From: Setoptus koraiensis
Lineage: Eukaryota > Animalia > Arthropoda
Reading direction: 5' to 3'
Assembly: GCA_048013815.1 (NCBI GenBank)
Contig: CM106586.1
Coordinates: 12,896,001-12,960,000 of the forward strand
Length of the DNA: 64,000 bases
Shown here one piece after another: positions 1-11,048 of the stretch (its first letter is position 1; each line of letters opens with the position of its first letter). Both the position numbers and the translations under genes were made by a program. The notes below the pieces were generated by a model. The model did no database searches and had not been told where the DNA came from. It saw only the letters and a list, made by a program, of their open reading frames with translations.

Positions 1-1080
1 GTCTATCAGACATGATCCAAACGATGGCGAAGATGTTGTCGAGTTGGGACGTGTTTGTAAGTCTGGCATGGTCAGTGCTGCTGTGTGGGCAACCCATGCT
101 GCTGTATCAATGGGATGGACGGCTTCTTCCCTACTGACCAGGTTACGCTCCTCTTCGTAACGTTTGGCAAAAACTAATTTCAGAGGTCCTCTAAATCCTA
201 CTGCCTCTCTAAGGACGGCTACTCCATCTTCGAAAGTCATGTCCTCTAAATTGATGTCATTCACTTGTAACAACATGTCACCAGGCTCAACGCGACCATC
301 TTGATCTACTACTGAATTTTTCATAACCTCAGCAACATAGATTCCGCCATCTACGTCATTGGAGCGACCAGATATTGACAAGCCGAGAAAATTCTTATCA
401 GTGAGCATAAGATTAACGGTGACAACTTGTAGTGCTGTTGCATCAGACAATGATGACGACGATGAAGATGATGATTGTGAAGTGGAAATCTCCTGGCGTC
501 TTTGTGGTTTATAGATGGCATTGTTGTTGCAATTACTTCTAGAGTTGTGATTGTGAGAATTCTTGATCTGTGAAACAGACGTGTCGTAGGTAGATTCTGA
601 GAAGTTGCTGCATGATAAATTATCTTGTTCAGTTTCCGATTCAAAATAACTAGAGGATTCAATGTCTGTTGTCATCATCGAAGAAGATTCATCGCAACTG
701 TCGTATGTTCTTGAATGAGTGAGATTACATTCTGATTCGCATGCTTGAGATGACACATTTCCTCTTAATACACCTGTTTTGGCAACCAAAGCCACAACGT
801 TGCCCTTAAATGTTGGCAATCTATGGCTATCAACTGAAATTTGCTCGTTGACAATGCCCAATTCGGGGTCGTTCTTTTTGAAAAAATATCTGTAACTTGG
901 AGAACTCAGAGAGGTTGCAGCTTTGAAATCAGCCAATGTTATACCATCCGAAGGTAACGGAATCTTCATCAATATCGGTGTGGTCTCGGAATCAATATAA
1001 ATGCAAAGCTTTGTTTCGTTGGCATTTTTGGCCTGATATGTATTGGCAAATCCTCCTGTTCTAATGCTGGCCTCTGCCAT
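1..1080 (-). CDS. dsh: Dishevelled family protein, divergent (DIX and PDZ domains; 3' part runs off the window)
   Basis: Manual translation from the ATG at 1080, with no stop seen down to base 1. DIX: ETKLCIYIDSETTPILMKIP..TLADFK..YRYFFKKNDPELGIVNEQI..LPTFKGNVVALV. Ser-rich linker SSSMMTTDIESSSYF. PDZ: NFLGLSISGRSNDVDGGIYVAEVMK..DGRVEPGDMLLQVNDINL, then PIDTAAWVAHT. It is absent from the ORF track because no stop lies in the window. No intron in this part. Confidence 0.93.
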   Translation of the reverse strand, partial: MAEASIRTGGFANTYQAKNANETKLCIYIDSETTPILMKIPLPSDGITLADFKAATSLSSPSYRYFFKKNDPELGIVNEQISVDSHRLPTFKGNVVALVAKTGVLRGNVSSQACESECNLTHSRTYDSCDESSSMMTTDIESSSYFESETEQDNLSCSNFSESTYDTSVSQIKNSHNHNSRSNCNNNAIYKPQRRQEISTSQSSSSSSSSLSDATALQVVTVNLMLTDKNFLGLSISGRSNDVDGGIYVAEVMKNSVVDQDGRVEPGDMLLQVNDINLEDMTFEDGVAVLREAVGFRGPLKLVFAKRYEEERNLVSREEAVHPIDTAAWVAHTAALTMPDLQTRPNSTTSSPSFGSCLID

Positions 1081-1950
1081 CTTAGTAATAGTCTTACAAT
1101 TGATGGCGATAGTTATTATTCTTATGTATTAACAAATATATTATCAATTCTAGTTGTTGTTACTAGTGTTCATTTTATTAACAAATGGACATCTATAATA
1201 TTACGGGGTTCCCTTAGCAATATAATAAAACATGATAACGCTATTGGATGAGAAGTTAAAAATTTTGTTGATCGATATTAATTCATCTAATGACAGAAAT
1301 TAATATTTATGGCAATGCCTCCTTAAAAAAAGGTGGTCAACAAGCTATTTGAACCACAGTGAAATACAACAGCCTAAGGCTGATGAGAATTCTGATGTGT
1401 TGTGTGAGACAACAACAACAACACACAGGTCATTTAGTTATTACGTGAACAAGTAACGTTGCTCCATTGTGGCGCTTATACACTGCAGCGTCTACAACAT
1501 GAAACTGAGGTAGGGTATGACTCGGTATTTGAACCATGACCCGATGAATGTATGTTGAGAGAAAATAACAACAACAACATAATTTTATTTACCGTAACTA
1601 CCTCGCTGTAATTATTACACTAATTTGACAGCTACCATGCATCCGTAGCATGAGGAAACATTGGTTTTTGCAGGGATATCTCATCTCACAATAACACACA
1701 ATAAACAGTTCAGTTCGATAAGCCAAAGTATTTTTCTAGCTGAATATTTACATGTTGGGATTAACGTAGCCGTCTCAAGTTACGACTAGCGCACAAAATC
1801 TTTTTTTTTTCATCTTTTTAGTATCAATGAGACATTGTCAGATATCCGAATCCGAGGAACACGAATCGTCCAAGAGGGAATCAAACTTGTTGTACCTGTA
1901 ATTAGACTGAAACCGGAAAAAAATGGATTGTTGATAAGTTAGAGTTCGGT

Positions 1951-3181
1951 CTAGTTATTAAATTGCGTTGAGTTATCACGAGACCGAAATTGTATATCTA
2001 CCTGACACAGGTAATGTGGAACGGGCAATGTGGAAATGGGGACCGCTTGGTCTTCACCTGAAACTTCAAATTTTCTTCTGTAGTAATCTACAACATTCTC
2101 GAATGACTCCAGTGAGTTAGCTTGGCCCATCATCTCACGAAAGTCATGATTCTCATCCATTGCGACCGTTTTATGGAATAGTTTGAACAGGTGGGCTCTT
2201 ATGTAGGAGGGTGGGCAATCATGAGATCGGACTAAATTCAGATATTGGTCGGCTATAGACCATGCAGTCGGGTGAATGGACTGTAATAGAGCAGGATTAT
2301 AAAGATTCCCCTCCGCCATCATGACGGCGTCAGCTCCAGTTGTTTGCATACAGGATTCTGCGTGTGCTATCGTTTGTATATTTCCATTGGCTATAACTGG
2401 AATCGTAACACATTCCTTGACAGCTTTTATAAAACCCCAGTCGGCCAACCCAGTATTTTGTCCTCGCTGCTCACGAGTTCTACCATGGACACACAATATT
2501 TTGCATCCGGCGTGTTCAATCATTCGAGCATAATCTAATGTTTTTCCCAGATCATCGAATCTTCTAACTTTGCATGACACAGCCAAATCCAGATGATTAC
2601 CTAAGCGGGTGACCATTTCATCGATAAGCTCCCAATCGTCTTGAAGGAAAGCTCCATATCTGCCTCTTCTCGCTATATCCTGTGGACAACCTAAGTTGAT
2701 ATCTATACCATCGCAGTCATCCTTAATGTGCTGAGCAGCCTGACATAATGCATCGGGATCGTTTGCGCAAAATTGAACAATCAATGGTCGATCCTCTTGA
2801 CATGTACTGAAATGTTTACTTCTATATTTTTTCTCTCTAGCAAAATGAAGCGCGTGAAACATTGGAGTGTAACATAATTGATAACCACAGGACCGACTGA
2901 AGAGAAAATTAAAAGGAAAGGAATCAGGCATGTTATTATAGAGAATATCCTGGAGGGAAGAGTCCGAGTAAAAGAGGTCACAGATTTGCATACCTTAACA
3001 GTCTCCAAGGTAGTTCGCTCTGATCAACCTGTTGGTATTGGATGATGAAAACTGTAGAATTAATTAAGTTTAAAACTGCTGCACCGCGTTTGGTGTCTTA
3101 CAATATAAAAACACTTACCATCGGTGCTAGCACATACTTCGGTGAGCCTAATCTCTCTCTCCAGTTATTCCAGGCATCCAT
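1951..3181 (-). CDS. DUS1L: tRNA-dihydrouridine(16/17) synthase, Dus1-like
   Basis: Spliced model: MDAWNNW..SPKYVLAPM (ATG 3181) | VDQSELPWRLL (3028-2994) | SRSCGYQLCYTPM..LIVQFCANDP..IDINLGCPQ..RRGRYGAFL..SCKVR..LCVHGRTREQ..VIANGNI..AEGNLYNPALL..HLFKLFH. GT-AG introns seen. The 3' end is uncertain: a donor at 2001 could add a terminal exon ending near 1838. Confidence 0.92.
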
Positions 3182-3532
3182 TGCTGATGATCAAATAGCA
3201 TGTATAGGAGAGAAAATTCATCCAATCTGAACACACTTTCCTCAGGTCCCCTCACAGGATGATATCCACATGCTTCATTACTGTTCTTGAAGTCTTGGTA
3301 GTTCAATTAGCTGTTGAATTCCTATAAGAATTGTAACAAAGCAATAATGTCGGTCAATATTGCTACAATTTTGCCAACAATCCTCTCTGAAGATTATACG
3401 AGAAATAGATTGCGGCGAGATGGCATTTGCCATGTGATCGTGCATGAGGAGATGCATTCGCGATATGCACACATATGTCGCAGATAAAACAGCAGTTTAC
3501 AAAGCATCTTATTTTCTCTCGTTGCACGTAGC

Positions 3533-3605
3533 GGCCGCGTAGTTTAACGGATATAACGCCTGACTACGAATCAGGAGGTTCCAGGTTCGAATCCTGGCGT
3601 GGTCG
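3533..3605 (+). tRNA. tRNA-Arg (anticodon ACG)
   Basis: Acceptor stem GGCCGCG/CGTGGTC; anticodon arm CCTGA-CTACGAA-TCAGG; T arm CCAGG-TTCGAAT-CCTGG; D loop with GG; a downstream T run. Confidence 0.95.
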
Positions 3606-3610
3606 AAATG

Positions 3611-3615
3611 TTTTT
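3611..3615 (+). terminator. RNA polymerase III terminator (T5) of the tRNA-Arg gene
   Basis: TTTTT five bases after the discriminator base. Confidence 0.7.
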
Positions 3616-4008
3616 GCCGTAGTTTGGGCAAAGTTTAGCCTCGCTCATTAGCATACTTCTCTCCCTCACATATTTTGGTTGACAGAATGTAATGCCAAAG
3701 GGTTTCCGCAAATTAAGTGTATTTTGCATGCCAAGACAACCTAAGACAAAGCTACACAGTGTGGTTGTCGAGAGAAAAAAAGTAAACCCAATCCATCTTG
3801 GTAATGTTTCTATCTAACTAAAACGCGATACTTCGCGGTCATTAATAAATACACTTAACGAGACAACACTGTGTACTTAGTAGACATCTAACTATAACTA
3901 GTGATACTTTAGTTTACTTCTCTTCGTATCAAGCTAACAACACTACTAATTCTTCTAAATTTACATTAAATAATCTAGCATCACGCGCTTTAGTTTTAGT
4001 CGGTTTTA

Positions 4009-5042
4009 TCAATTGTCGCCTATAGGAGACTGGGCTGGAGACACTTCTTGTCCACTTTGTTGGCCTTCTTTTCCTTGGCCCTTCTTCCAAGACCATTCTG
4101 GTGTCTCATCTTTGTTATCCTTCGGTTCATCGACTTTGAATTGTTCTTTTTTGACTGCTTTCAAAGTGACTGTGAACCCGATTTCTTTGCGAGCATTCAG
4201 CAGCATCCTCTCAATTTTTGCCTCGTATTTGGGAACCTTTTTGAGCGGAGGCTTTATACTGATAGTAAGAGTATCAATGATAGCGTCAACGAGAGGTAAG
4301 TCCATTTACTTATTTTAGAGAAGAATATCAAATTGAAGAAAGTGGAGTCAGATAGTAAAGAGTGAAACTTACAATTTTCCGCGCATATCATTAACACGCA
4401 TGGATAATTCATGAATTTCAAATTCCGACCGGCTAACATAATATTCGAGGTCATATTTTTCATTCTCCAGTTTGACTATGCGGTCGTGATATTCCTTGCA
4501 CAATGCTTGCAGTGATGCTGACAACATAAAATCAAACGAGAGATTAACATCGATGTAGAAGGTTTTAGCGGAGTTATTGGGCAGGATAGCTCACCTTCAT
4601 TTAGTTCATCTAAATTTTTCTTTTGGCCGGTTCTTTCGCTGATGACCTTTCGACGTTCGGCTGCCTTGGCCTCCTGCTGACGTTTCAACTCCTCGGCTGC
4701 TTTTCTTCGCAAAAGCAACTTGATAATTAATGAGAACAAACGTCATTGACAGACTTTCATTGGAAAGTTCAATAAAATGCACAAGATATTTCCTTTTTCA
4801 CTTTACTTACCCGTAGTTTTTTCTTTCTCTCTGGTGTCATGAAACCTTTCTTCTTTTGTGTCTTGGCAGAGGCGGCCTCGAGCCTGGCCCGAACCTCGGC
4901 CTTTTTCTTCTCTCTTTCCTCTCTTTTCCTTCGCTCCACATCCTATATTGTGATATGCATTGATGAAATTGTCATACTTAAATTGTTGAAATATCTATTG
5001 AGGCGCTATAGTTATCGTTAGCCAAAAACTTACATCGCTCAT
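4009..5042 (-). CDS. TnI: Troponin I (invertebrate muscle; wings up A orthologue), multi-exon
   Basis: Exons give MSD|DVERRKREEREKKKAEVRARLEAASAKTQKKKGFMTPERKKKLR|LLLRRKAAEELKRQQEAKAAERRKVISER..|..LCKEYHDRIVKLENEKYDLEY..VNDMRGKF|IKPPLKKVPKYEAK..PEWSWKKG. KKGFMTPERKKKLRLLLR and DLRGKF(V/I)KP are hallmark troponin I motifs. Confidence 0.95.
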
Positions 5043-5832
5043 TATGATTATGGATTGATCTCTTTAATTGACGAAAATTGATTTAGCCTCAAAAATTAAC
5101 GGAAGAATGACTCAGTGATCTCATTTAATGAAGCGGTCGCAATTCACATTCGTATTGCTCATTATCAATGTTGAAACCATTGGAGGAAATAAAATATCAA
5201 GATTGTGAATCTACGAGAGTGTGAGTAATAATTAATTCTCTTGAATGTTGAAATCACAACAGACAAAAGCCCGTAGCAAACAATGCCTGACACTAATCAA
5301 GCAAGCTTATTCTTGCTTAGTCCTAGAAAAAGCCTTAAACCATTGTAAAATCCGCTTCAATGTATAGTCCCATCACAACAAAACTTCTTCCCGACGATTG
5401 AGAGAACCCAGGAGAATCTTTGCGACAGTCAAAAGTTGATGTCAATCGAATTTAATCCCTCTTATAGTCCTAATCCTAAAATGTACTGCAGACTCAACAA
5501 TGTGTAGAACTACTAGTAAGAATGCAATTTGTAACTCAATACTTTTGATTGCGACACGGTTTATTTTTGTAATTTGTTTTGTTTTCATGTTGATACACAT
5601 CGTCATTCATGATTAACTGTGGTATTTGAGTTGATTATTCATGATTGTTCCATTCAGCAGTTTTAGACTATTTGGAACGAGCGAGGAGGTGATTCCATCA
5701 AAGATATTTTGTTCATAGTAGTAGCCTGAATTAATCTCTTGATTCCAGTAATTATACCGAGCAGCATAATTGAGATAATCTTATCAATTTACGTCAGAGA
5801 GTGCCTGTGTTATGTGTGACACAATAAGTTGT

Positions 5833-7268
5833 TTACCATATGTTAAATTTGAATACTTTCTTGGAAGCGTCTTTATGAGTGTCGGCCACATAAATTGACT
5901 GCTTGTCCCTCGATAGAGAGACATCATGAGGAAATTTCATTTCACTCGATGACCATATCTGAATGATTTCTTGATTGCTCAAATTCAATGTGGCTGCTTC
6001 TGGTTTACCTGTTCGGCTGGATATACTTATGACTAACAATAAATCGCCAGCCTCGTTCGGGAGATGTTCGATAGCGAATACTCTTCCTAATGGATACGCT
6101 ATATTCAGTAATAATTTGCCCGCGCTTAGGTTATTCTTCAATCCAGCCGAATAGCAAAGAATTCTTTCGTTATCTCGATCCGCCACACAAATCATATCTG
6201 AATTTTCAATTAAAGCAAGCGAATGCGGCGTAAACATAGCTTCTTTGATTCCAAACTGATCAAGATATTCGCCTCGGGGCGAAAACACCATCACTCTCGA
6301 ATTACAATAACCATCACTTACAAACACCAATCCAGTTGTAGAAACTGCCACATCTGTTGGCTTACAAAAATGCTTCGAGTCTGATCCTGGTATGAATGGT
6401 TCACCCAACACAATATCTGGCTCATAATCGGTTTTACCTGAGGGTAGACTTGTGTTCAATTTTTCTGCCGGGTACCTGAAAACTTGATGTAGCGCAGCAT
6501 CAGTGACCCATATATTACCTTTAGTGTCGCTGGAAATACCGTGCGGCATGTAGAATCTGTCCGCCCCGAATGATCTCACAATTTGGCCGTCGAGACCATT
6601 GATGATAACAATGCTGTCGTCTCTTATTAAGCCAGTTCGACGAGCCTTCATCGGGTAAATCGGCCCATCAAATGTCCTTCAGATTGGGGGAAGATAAGAT
6701 AGTTTTTGTTTACAACTCTCTTCTCATTGGATGCTGTAATCACTTTGAATCAGTAGATAAATCAGAATGCATAAAAAACAAATAGTAACTCACCCAGCTT
6801 GCCATACGACATGAGCTCTATGAAACAAAGCTACCTGGTTATTTGGCAAAGTAGTCAAACCTGATACCGCTCCGATTCCTGAATACACTTTCTTACTGTT
6901 GTTAGATGGGAAATTCTTATCTTCCAATATGGAAATTTTTGGCGCCACAACTGGCTTCTCTACATATTGTGGAATCAGGCCCGCACTTCTCATTAGGGTC
7001 TACGATTTGAAACAAGAATACAGTACAAATGAATTGATCAATAAATTGTTCTTTCCTATTGTATTCCTAAAATACAATATGTACTAGTACTTGCAATACT
7101 GTTACTCACCCTGTACGGCCCCAGCGGTTGAGGTGCAAATACCGTGTCCGGTCGATAAACAATAAATGGGTAGCTACTTTCGTCTAGATATCGTGCGTAA
7201 ATTTGGGACACCGCAACGGCCATCGTGACCCATATCACTACAAGACTCGATGAATTGACAGTGGCCAT
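5833..7268 (-). CDS. Pal: Peptidyl-alpha-hydroxyglycine alpha-amidating lyase (monofunctional PAL, NHL-repeat beta-propeller), 3 exons
   Basis: Hydrophobic signal-like N-terminus from the ATG at 7268. Exon 2 has GAVSGLTTLPNNQVALFHR. Exon 3 has FYMPHGI..WVTDAALHQV, HFCKPTDVAV..VFVSDGYCNSRV (catalytic Tyr), PHSLAL..CVADRDNERI (catalytic Arg) and PHD. No PHM domain and no TM anchor. Confidence 0.92.
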
Positions 7269-8583
7269 TGATGGAATTATTTCTGAGAACGGCCTTTTCA
7301 CTTGATTTGGGTGCGTAGCCTTTTGTTAAGACCTTTATTGTTTAATTTCTTTGATTTTTTCATGAAGATTATATGCGTTCGCGTGAATTAATCGATCACA
7401 CACGATAGCTTTTACTGCTAGTGAAAGCGAGCTGTCATAAAAAGAAGAGCCTCATTCACAAAATACGACTGCGAAAGGCCGCGTTAGGAGATACGCCGTG
7501 TTTGTTGGTACATAGAGGCTCCATATACTGAAGTGGTCGATGCGTAAAGGTGGTTATCTTTACAAATTGGGACTTCGACCGCGACTTTCGAACATAGCAA
7601 ACCAGTTTGCGCCTATGCTCTTAGCTCCTCAATCGATTCCCGTTACAGAGTCTACATGGAGTATTGACAAATAAAGTATAGGATTAAGGTGGACTTTTAT
7701 TTCATTGTGGAATCAAATTCGCCCTGAATATCGATGATATTCAATGCGAATGAAATGGTAGTCGATCCAACGATTGATATCAAAGATAGTCGATAGCAGC
7801 AAGTGAGCTATATATAGTCTGAAGTTTATGGTGTCAGAATTGCATGTTATCCGTTGAGCCGTGCTGTTAGGCGATTGAAAGCATTGTTTATCGGCTCGCT
7901 AGATTCTCGTAAGAGTACTAATATTACATGTCACGCCTTCATTCATTTAGGCATCTGCTGTAGTTTTGATTACAAACAATCACACACCTAGACTAGTTGT
8001 GTCTTGGTCACTTCATTTGGAGTGGGTCTAGGAATTTTCGACGACCCAAGTCTGGTCATGTATACTTTTATTGCCTCATTAATGATAAAACAGTATCTTA
8101 AGTACAGCTGAATATTACAGTACCAGCACATTGCAATATAATATTGAAGTTACAAATAAGTGATCTATTTATAAAAGATAAACGTCATCCTAGATACAAA
8201 ATTGTATAATTAAAGGCCAAGCTTTCGACATCCAACTCAAATGTCAATTAGTCGTCCTCCACATAGTTTCACGAGATCCTGATCTCCTTTAGAGGGTGGG
8301 GTTATATTTGATGATTATGATTAAAATTCATTGGTATACGCTAACATATCACTGTATATAGTTTTAAGTGATATACTTTTGATACTGTACAAGAAGTTAG
8401 TATGGAATGTACCCGTGTGCGACATGTGATTCCTCTCATTAATGGTGTCGAAGCGATTTAGCTGTTATTATCTTGTGCCGTATTCACATCAAATTTCTTA
8501 TGTATTTGCCAAGAAATCATCTCCTCTTGGTCAAAGATTACATGAGTCCAAGAACAATAATGATTTTTCATGAAAAAGTTGTC

Positions 8584-9342
8584 CTACATGATTGAACATT
8601 TGCCCCGTTGTCCATTAGTAAATTTTCTATTAGCTCCATCAGGATTTTGTTCGGTGGTTCGACGTTTCTTTATCTCTTTCATGAGTTCCATAAAAATTTC
8701 CACAACGTTCTGTTTTGTCTTGGCCGATGTCTCGACATACGGTACCCTCCATTGGCTAGCTTGTTGGCTTGCTTGTTCTTGCGAAACCATGCGGCGTTCC
8801 TCAAGATCAGCCTTGTTTCCAACTAACAAAAATGGAATATTCTCATCGTTTTTAACTCTGAGTATCTGATCTCTGAACTCTTCCGTGGCAGCTAAACTAT
8901 CTTGTTCTGTTATAGAGAATACACACAAAAATCCTTCGCCCGATCTAAAATAATTATCTCTTATGGCAGCGTAATCTTCCTGGCCGGCCGTATCTAGAAT
9001 ATCTATTTGTACCTCTTCACCTTCAAGAATAACCTTTTTCCTATATGAATCGGCTTTTGTAGGCTCGTAGTCTTCAACAAATTCATCATACATATATTGT
9101 AGTGTTAAAGCTGATTTACCTACACCACCACTTCCCACCATGATAATTTTATACAATGGCACTGTCGGAGAATTTTGTTTGTTTGATTGAGATCGTCTAC
9201 CTCCGCTGGTGGCGGTGCCAGGATCGTCACTCTCGTCACCATACTTGAATCTGTGCCAATAATCTCTGGCTAGATCATAAACTCTCCGGCTAGTTTTGAC
9301 TAGTCGGCTCCTCATTCGATGATAGAGCGACCGTTCCTCCAT
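8584..9342 (-). CDS. Ral: Ral small GTPase with N-terminal extension, intronless
   Basis: [71 protein letters not shown]. The Ral-specific effector loop YEPTKADSY is present. C-terminal CaaX is CSIM. Confidence 0.96.
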   Translation of the reverse strand: MEERSLYHRMRSRLVKTSRRVYDLARDYWHRFKYGDESDDPGTATSGGRRSQSNKQNSPTVPLYKIIMVGSGGVGKSALTLQYMYDEFVEDYEPTKADSYRKKVILEGEEVQIDILDTAGQEDYAAIRDNYFRSGEGFLCVFSITEQDSLAATEEFRDQILRVKNDENIPFLLVGNKADLEERRMVSQEQASQQASQWRVPYVETSAKTKQNVVEIFMELMKEIKKRRTTEQNPDGANRKFTNGQRGKCSIM

Positions 9343-11048
9343 GATGTTAACACTGTGACGGTGGCCTCTCTGGTAATACTTTCCTAATACCTTATTGTCC
9401 TATTCTAATAATAATACTATTTAAGTATTATGATGTTATTAAACACTTGGCCCAGGTGTTGAGTATAGGATTACCAAAGCAGCTGAATCTTGTAACAAAC
9501 GCCTCTATTGGTAATATTGGCTCTTCGTTGGACGTAATGTATTATGAATAATAATGACAATTCATATGACACTGGTTAAGACTTAAAATTGGCGATACGA
9601 TTTTTGTATCTTTTATCTTATTTAACAATATGCTGATATTGTCCTCTAATTTGTATTTGTGCGGGTATTCCTTACAAACGACGGTGAAGCCGTGTGTATT
9701 TGAAACGATGGAACGGAATCAATAATAAGGCTTGAGATGATAATTTTCTACTATTTTTCTAATTTCAGATGATGTGGCCTGCATCATTATTGGTTGTTGT
9801 TTTTTATTTTTAGATATTGTTATTTATTATTATGGCGATGTAAGTGAAAAAATATTGTTATGTCATCATTATCATCATCATGGTCTGTGAAGCAAGAAAT
9901 CTACCTATTCACTGTTCAATTGTCTATATCACTGGCATAATGTCTAATCATCTAATGGTCATGCCTGGCTACCTGGCTCAACAATAACTGCTGCTGGCAT
10001 CACAAATACCGTAGTGAGAGCTGTGACAACGTCAAGCAACGAACATTTGATGGCCATCCAACATGATCCCTCCCCCTTGCCTGTTTTTTTACGCTCTCAC
10101 ATTATTGTTACGTAATACACAATTGTTATTCACATTCACTAGCCACCGGTTGTAGTTGGCGCTGTCTGGCTGCTTGAATTAATTGGCTGCAGTTTGTAGT
10201 GCAGGGGCAACTACAACAACAACGATATAACTTCCCCTCTAATGGCATATCGTAACTGTGCTGCCATTTGCACCGTCTTCGAAATGGTGCCTCCCCCAAT
10301 TTTTTGAAACTTTTCGATATCTCATGTGTTTCTTGCGGTGTTTCTTGACACCGAAATAAACATGAGACGATGCTTACAGAACATGATGTCAGCCAATCAC
10401 TCATTGGTTGTCCACTTGACAGACAGGTGCAGACAGGTGAGTGGCGGACATAAAGGCAAGAAGAGATTTTCACGACAATGGAAGCAAAATAGAGACGCTG
10501 AAATACCCCAAACCCGAACAAATCGGGCACGAATAAACTAGTTCAGATCGATAGACCATACGGCATCTAGTTCCAAGAACGCCACTAATTATGGAAAGAA
10601 ATACTGGTAAATAAAACCCACTTCAAGTAATGAAATGCTATTTCCAGTTCTTCCACCGTGAAAAGGCGAAAAAGTTTTGTCATGTGAGTCGAAAGAAATC
10701 CAGTTTCTAGGGAGATGTGAAGGGAGAGTGGTCATAGGCGTGGCCGATAGTGCGGTGTGTAGAGTGTTTCGGGACACATGTACATGAGCACAGGGACAGT
10801 CACAAGGAAAAAGATGTGATATTCAAATCCATTCATGTCGAAATCGGCTCAATTTATCGCAACCATACATGCTTGTCAAGCTCGTAATTTAATTATACCG
10901 GTCGTCGATTTCATCGTCACATATTCATATCTTCTTTCCATCTGTGTAGGCTCACACAATTGTTATATTCATCTGGACAATTTTTATTCCTAAGGCACTC
11001 GTCACAACTACCAGTCTTGGTAGCAACATTTTAGGCCCAGTTCACCTG

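Noticed and set aside
1506-1513. let-7 seed (TGAGGTAG) / 8-mer target site on the - strand
   Set aside because: No hairpin or 3' match for a miRNA gene, and it lies beyond a likely DUS1L poly(A) signal near 1585.
7535-7655. Short hairpin and 44-codon ORF upstream of PAL
   Set aside because: Too short and weak; no family features.
10126-11048. Search for an ASDURF-like uORF upstream of ASNSD1
   Set aside because: The 71-aa ORF at 10326-10541 has only a vague K/R/Q resemblance and lacks the prefoldin-like pattern; not supportable.
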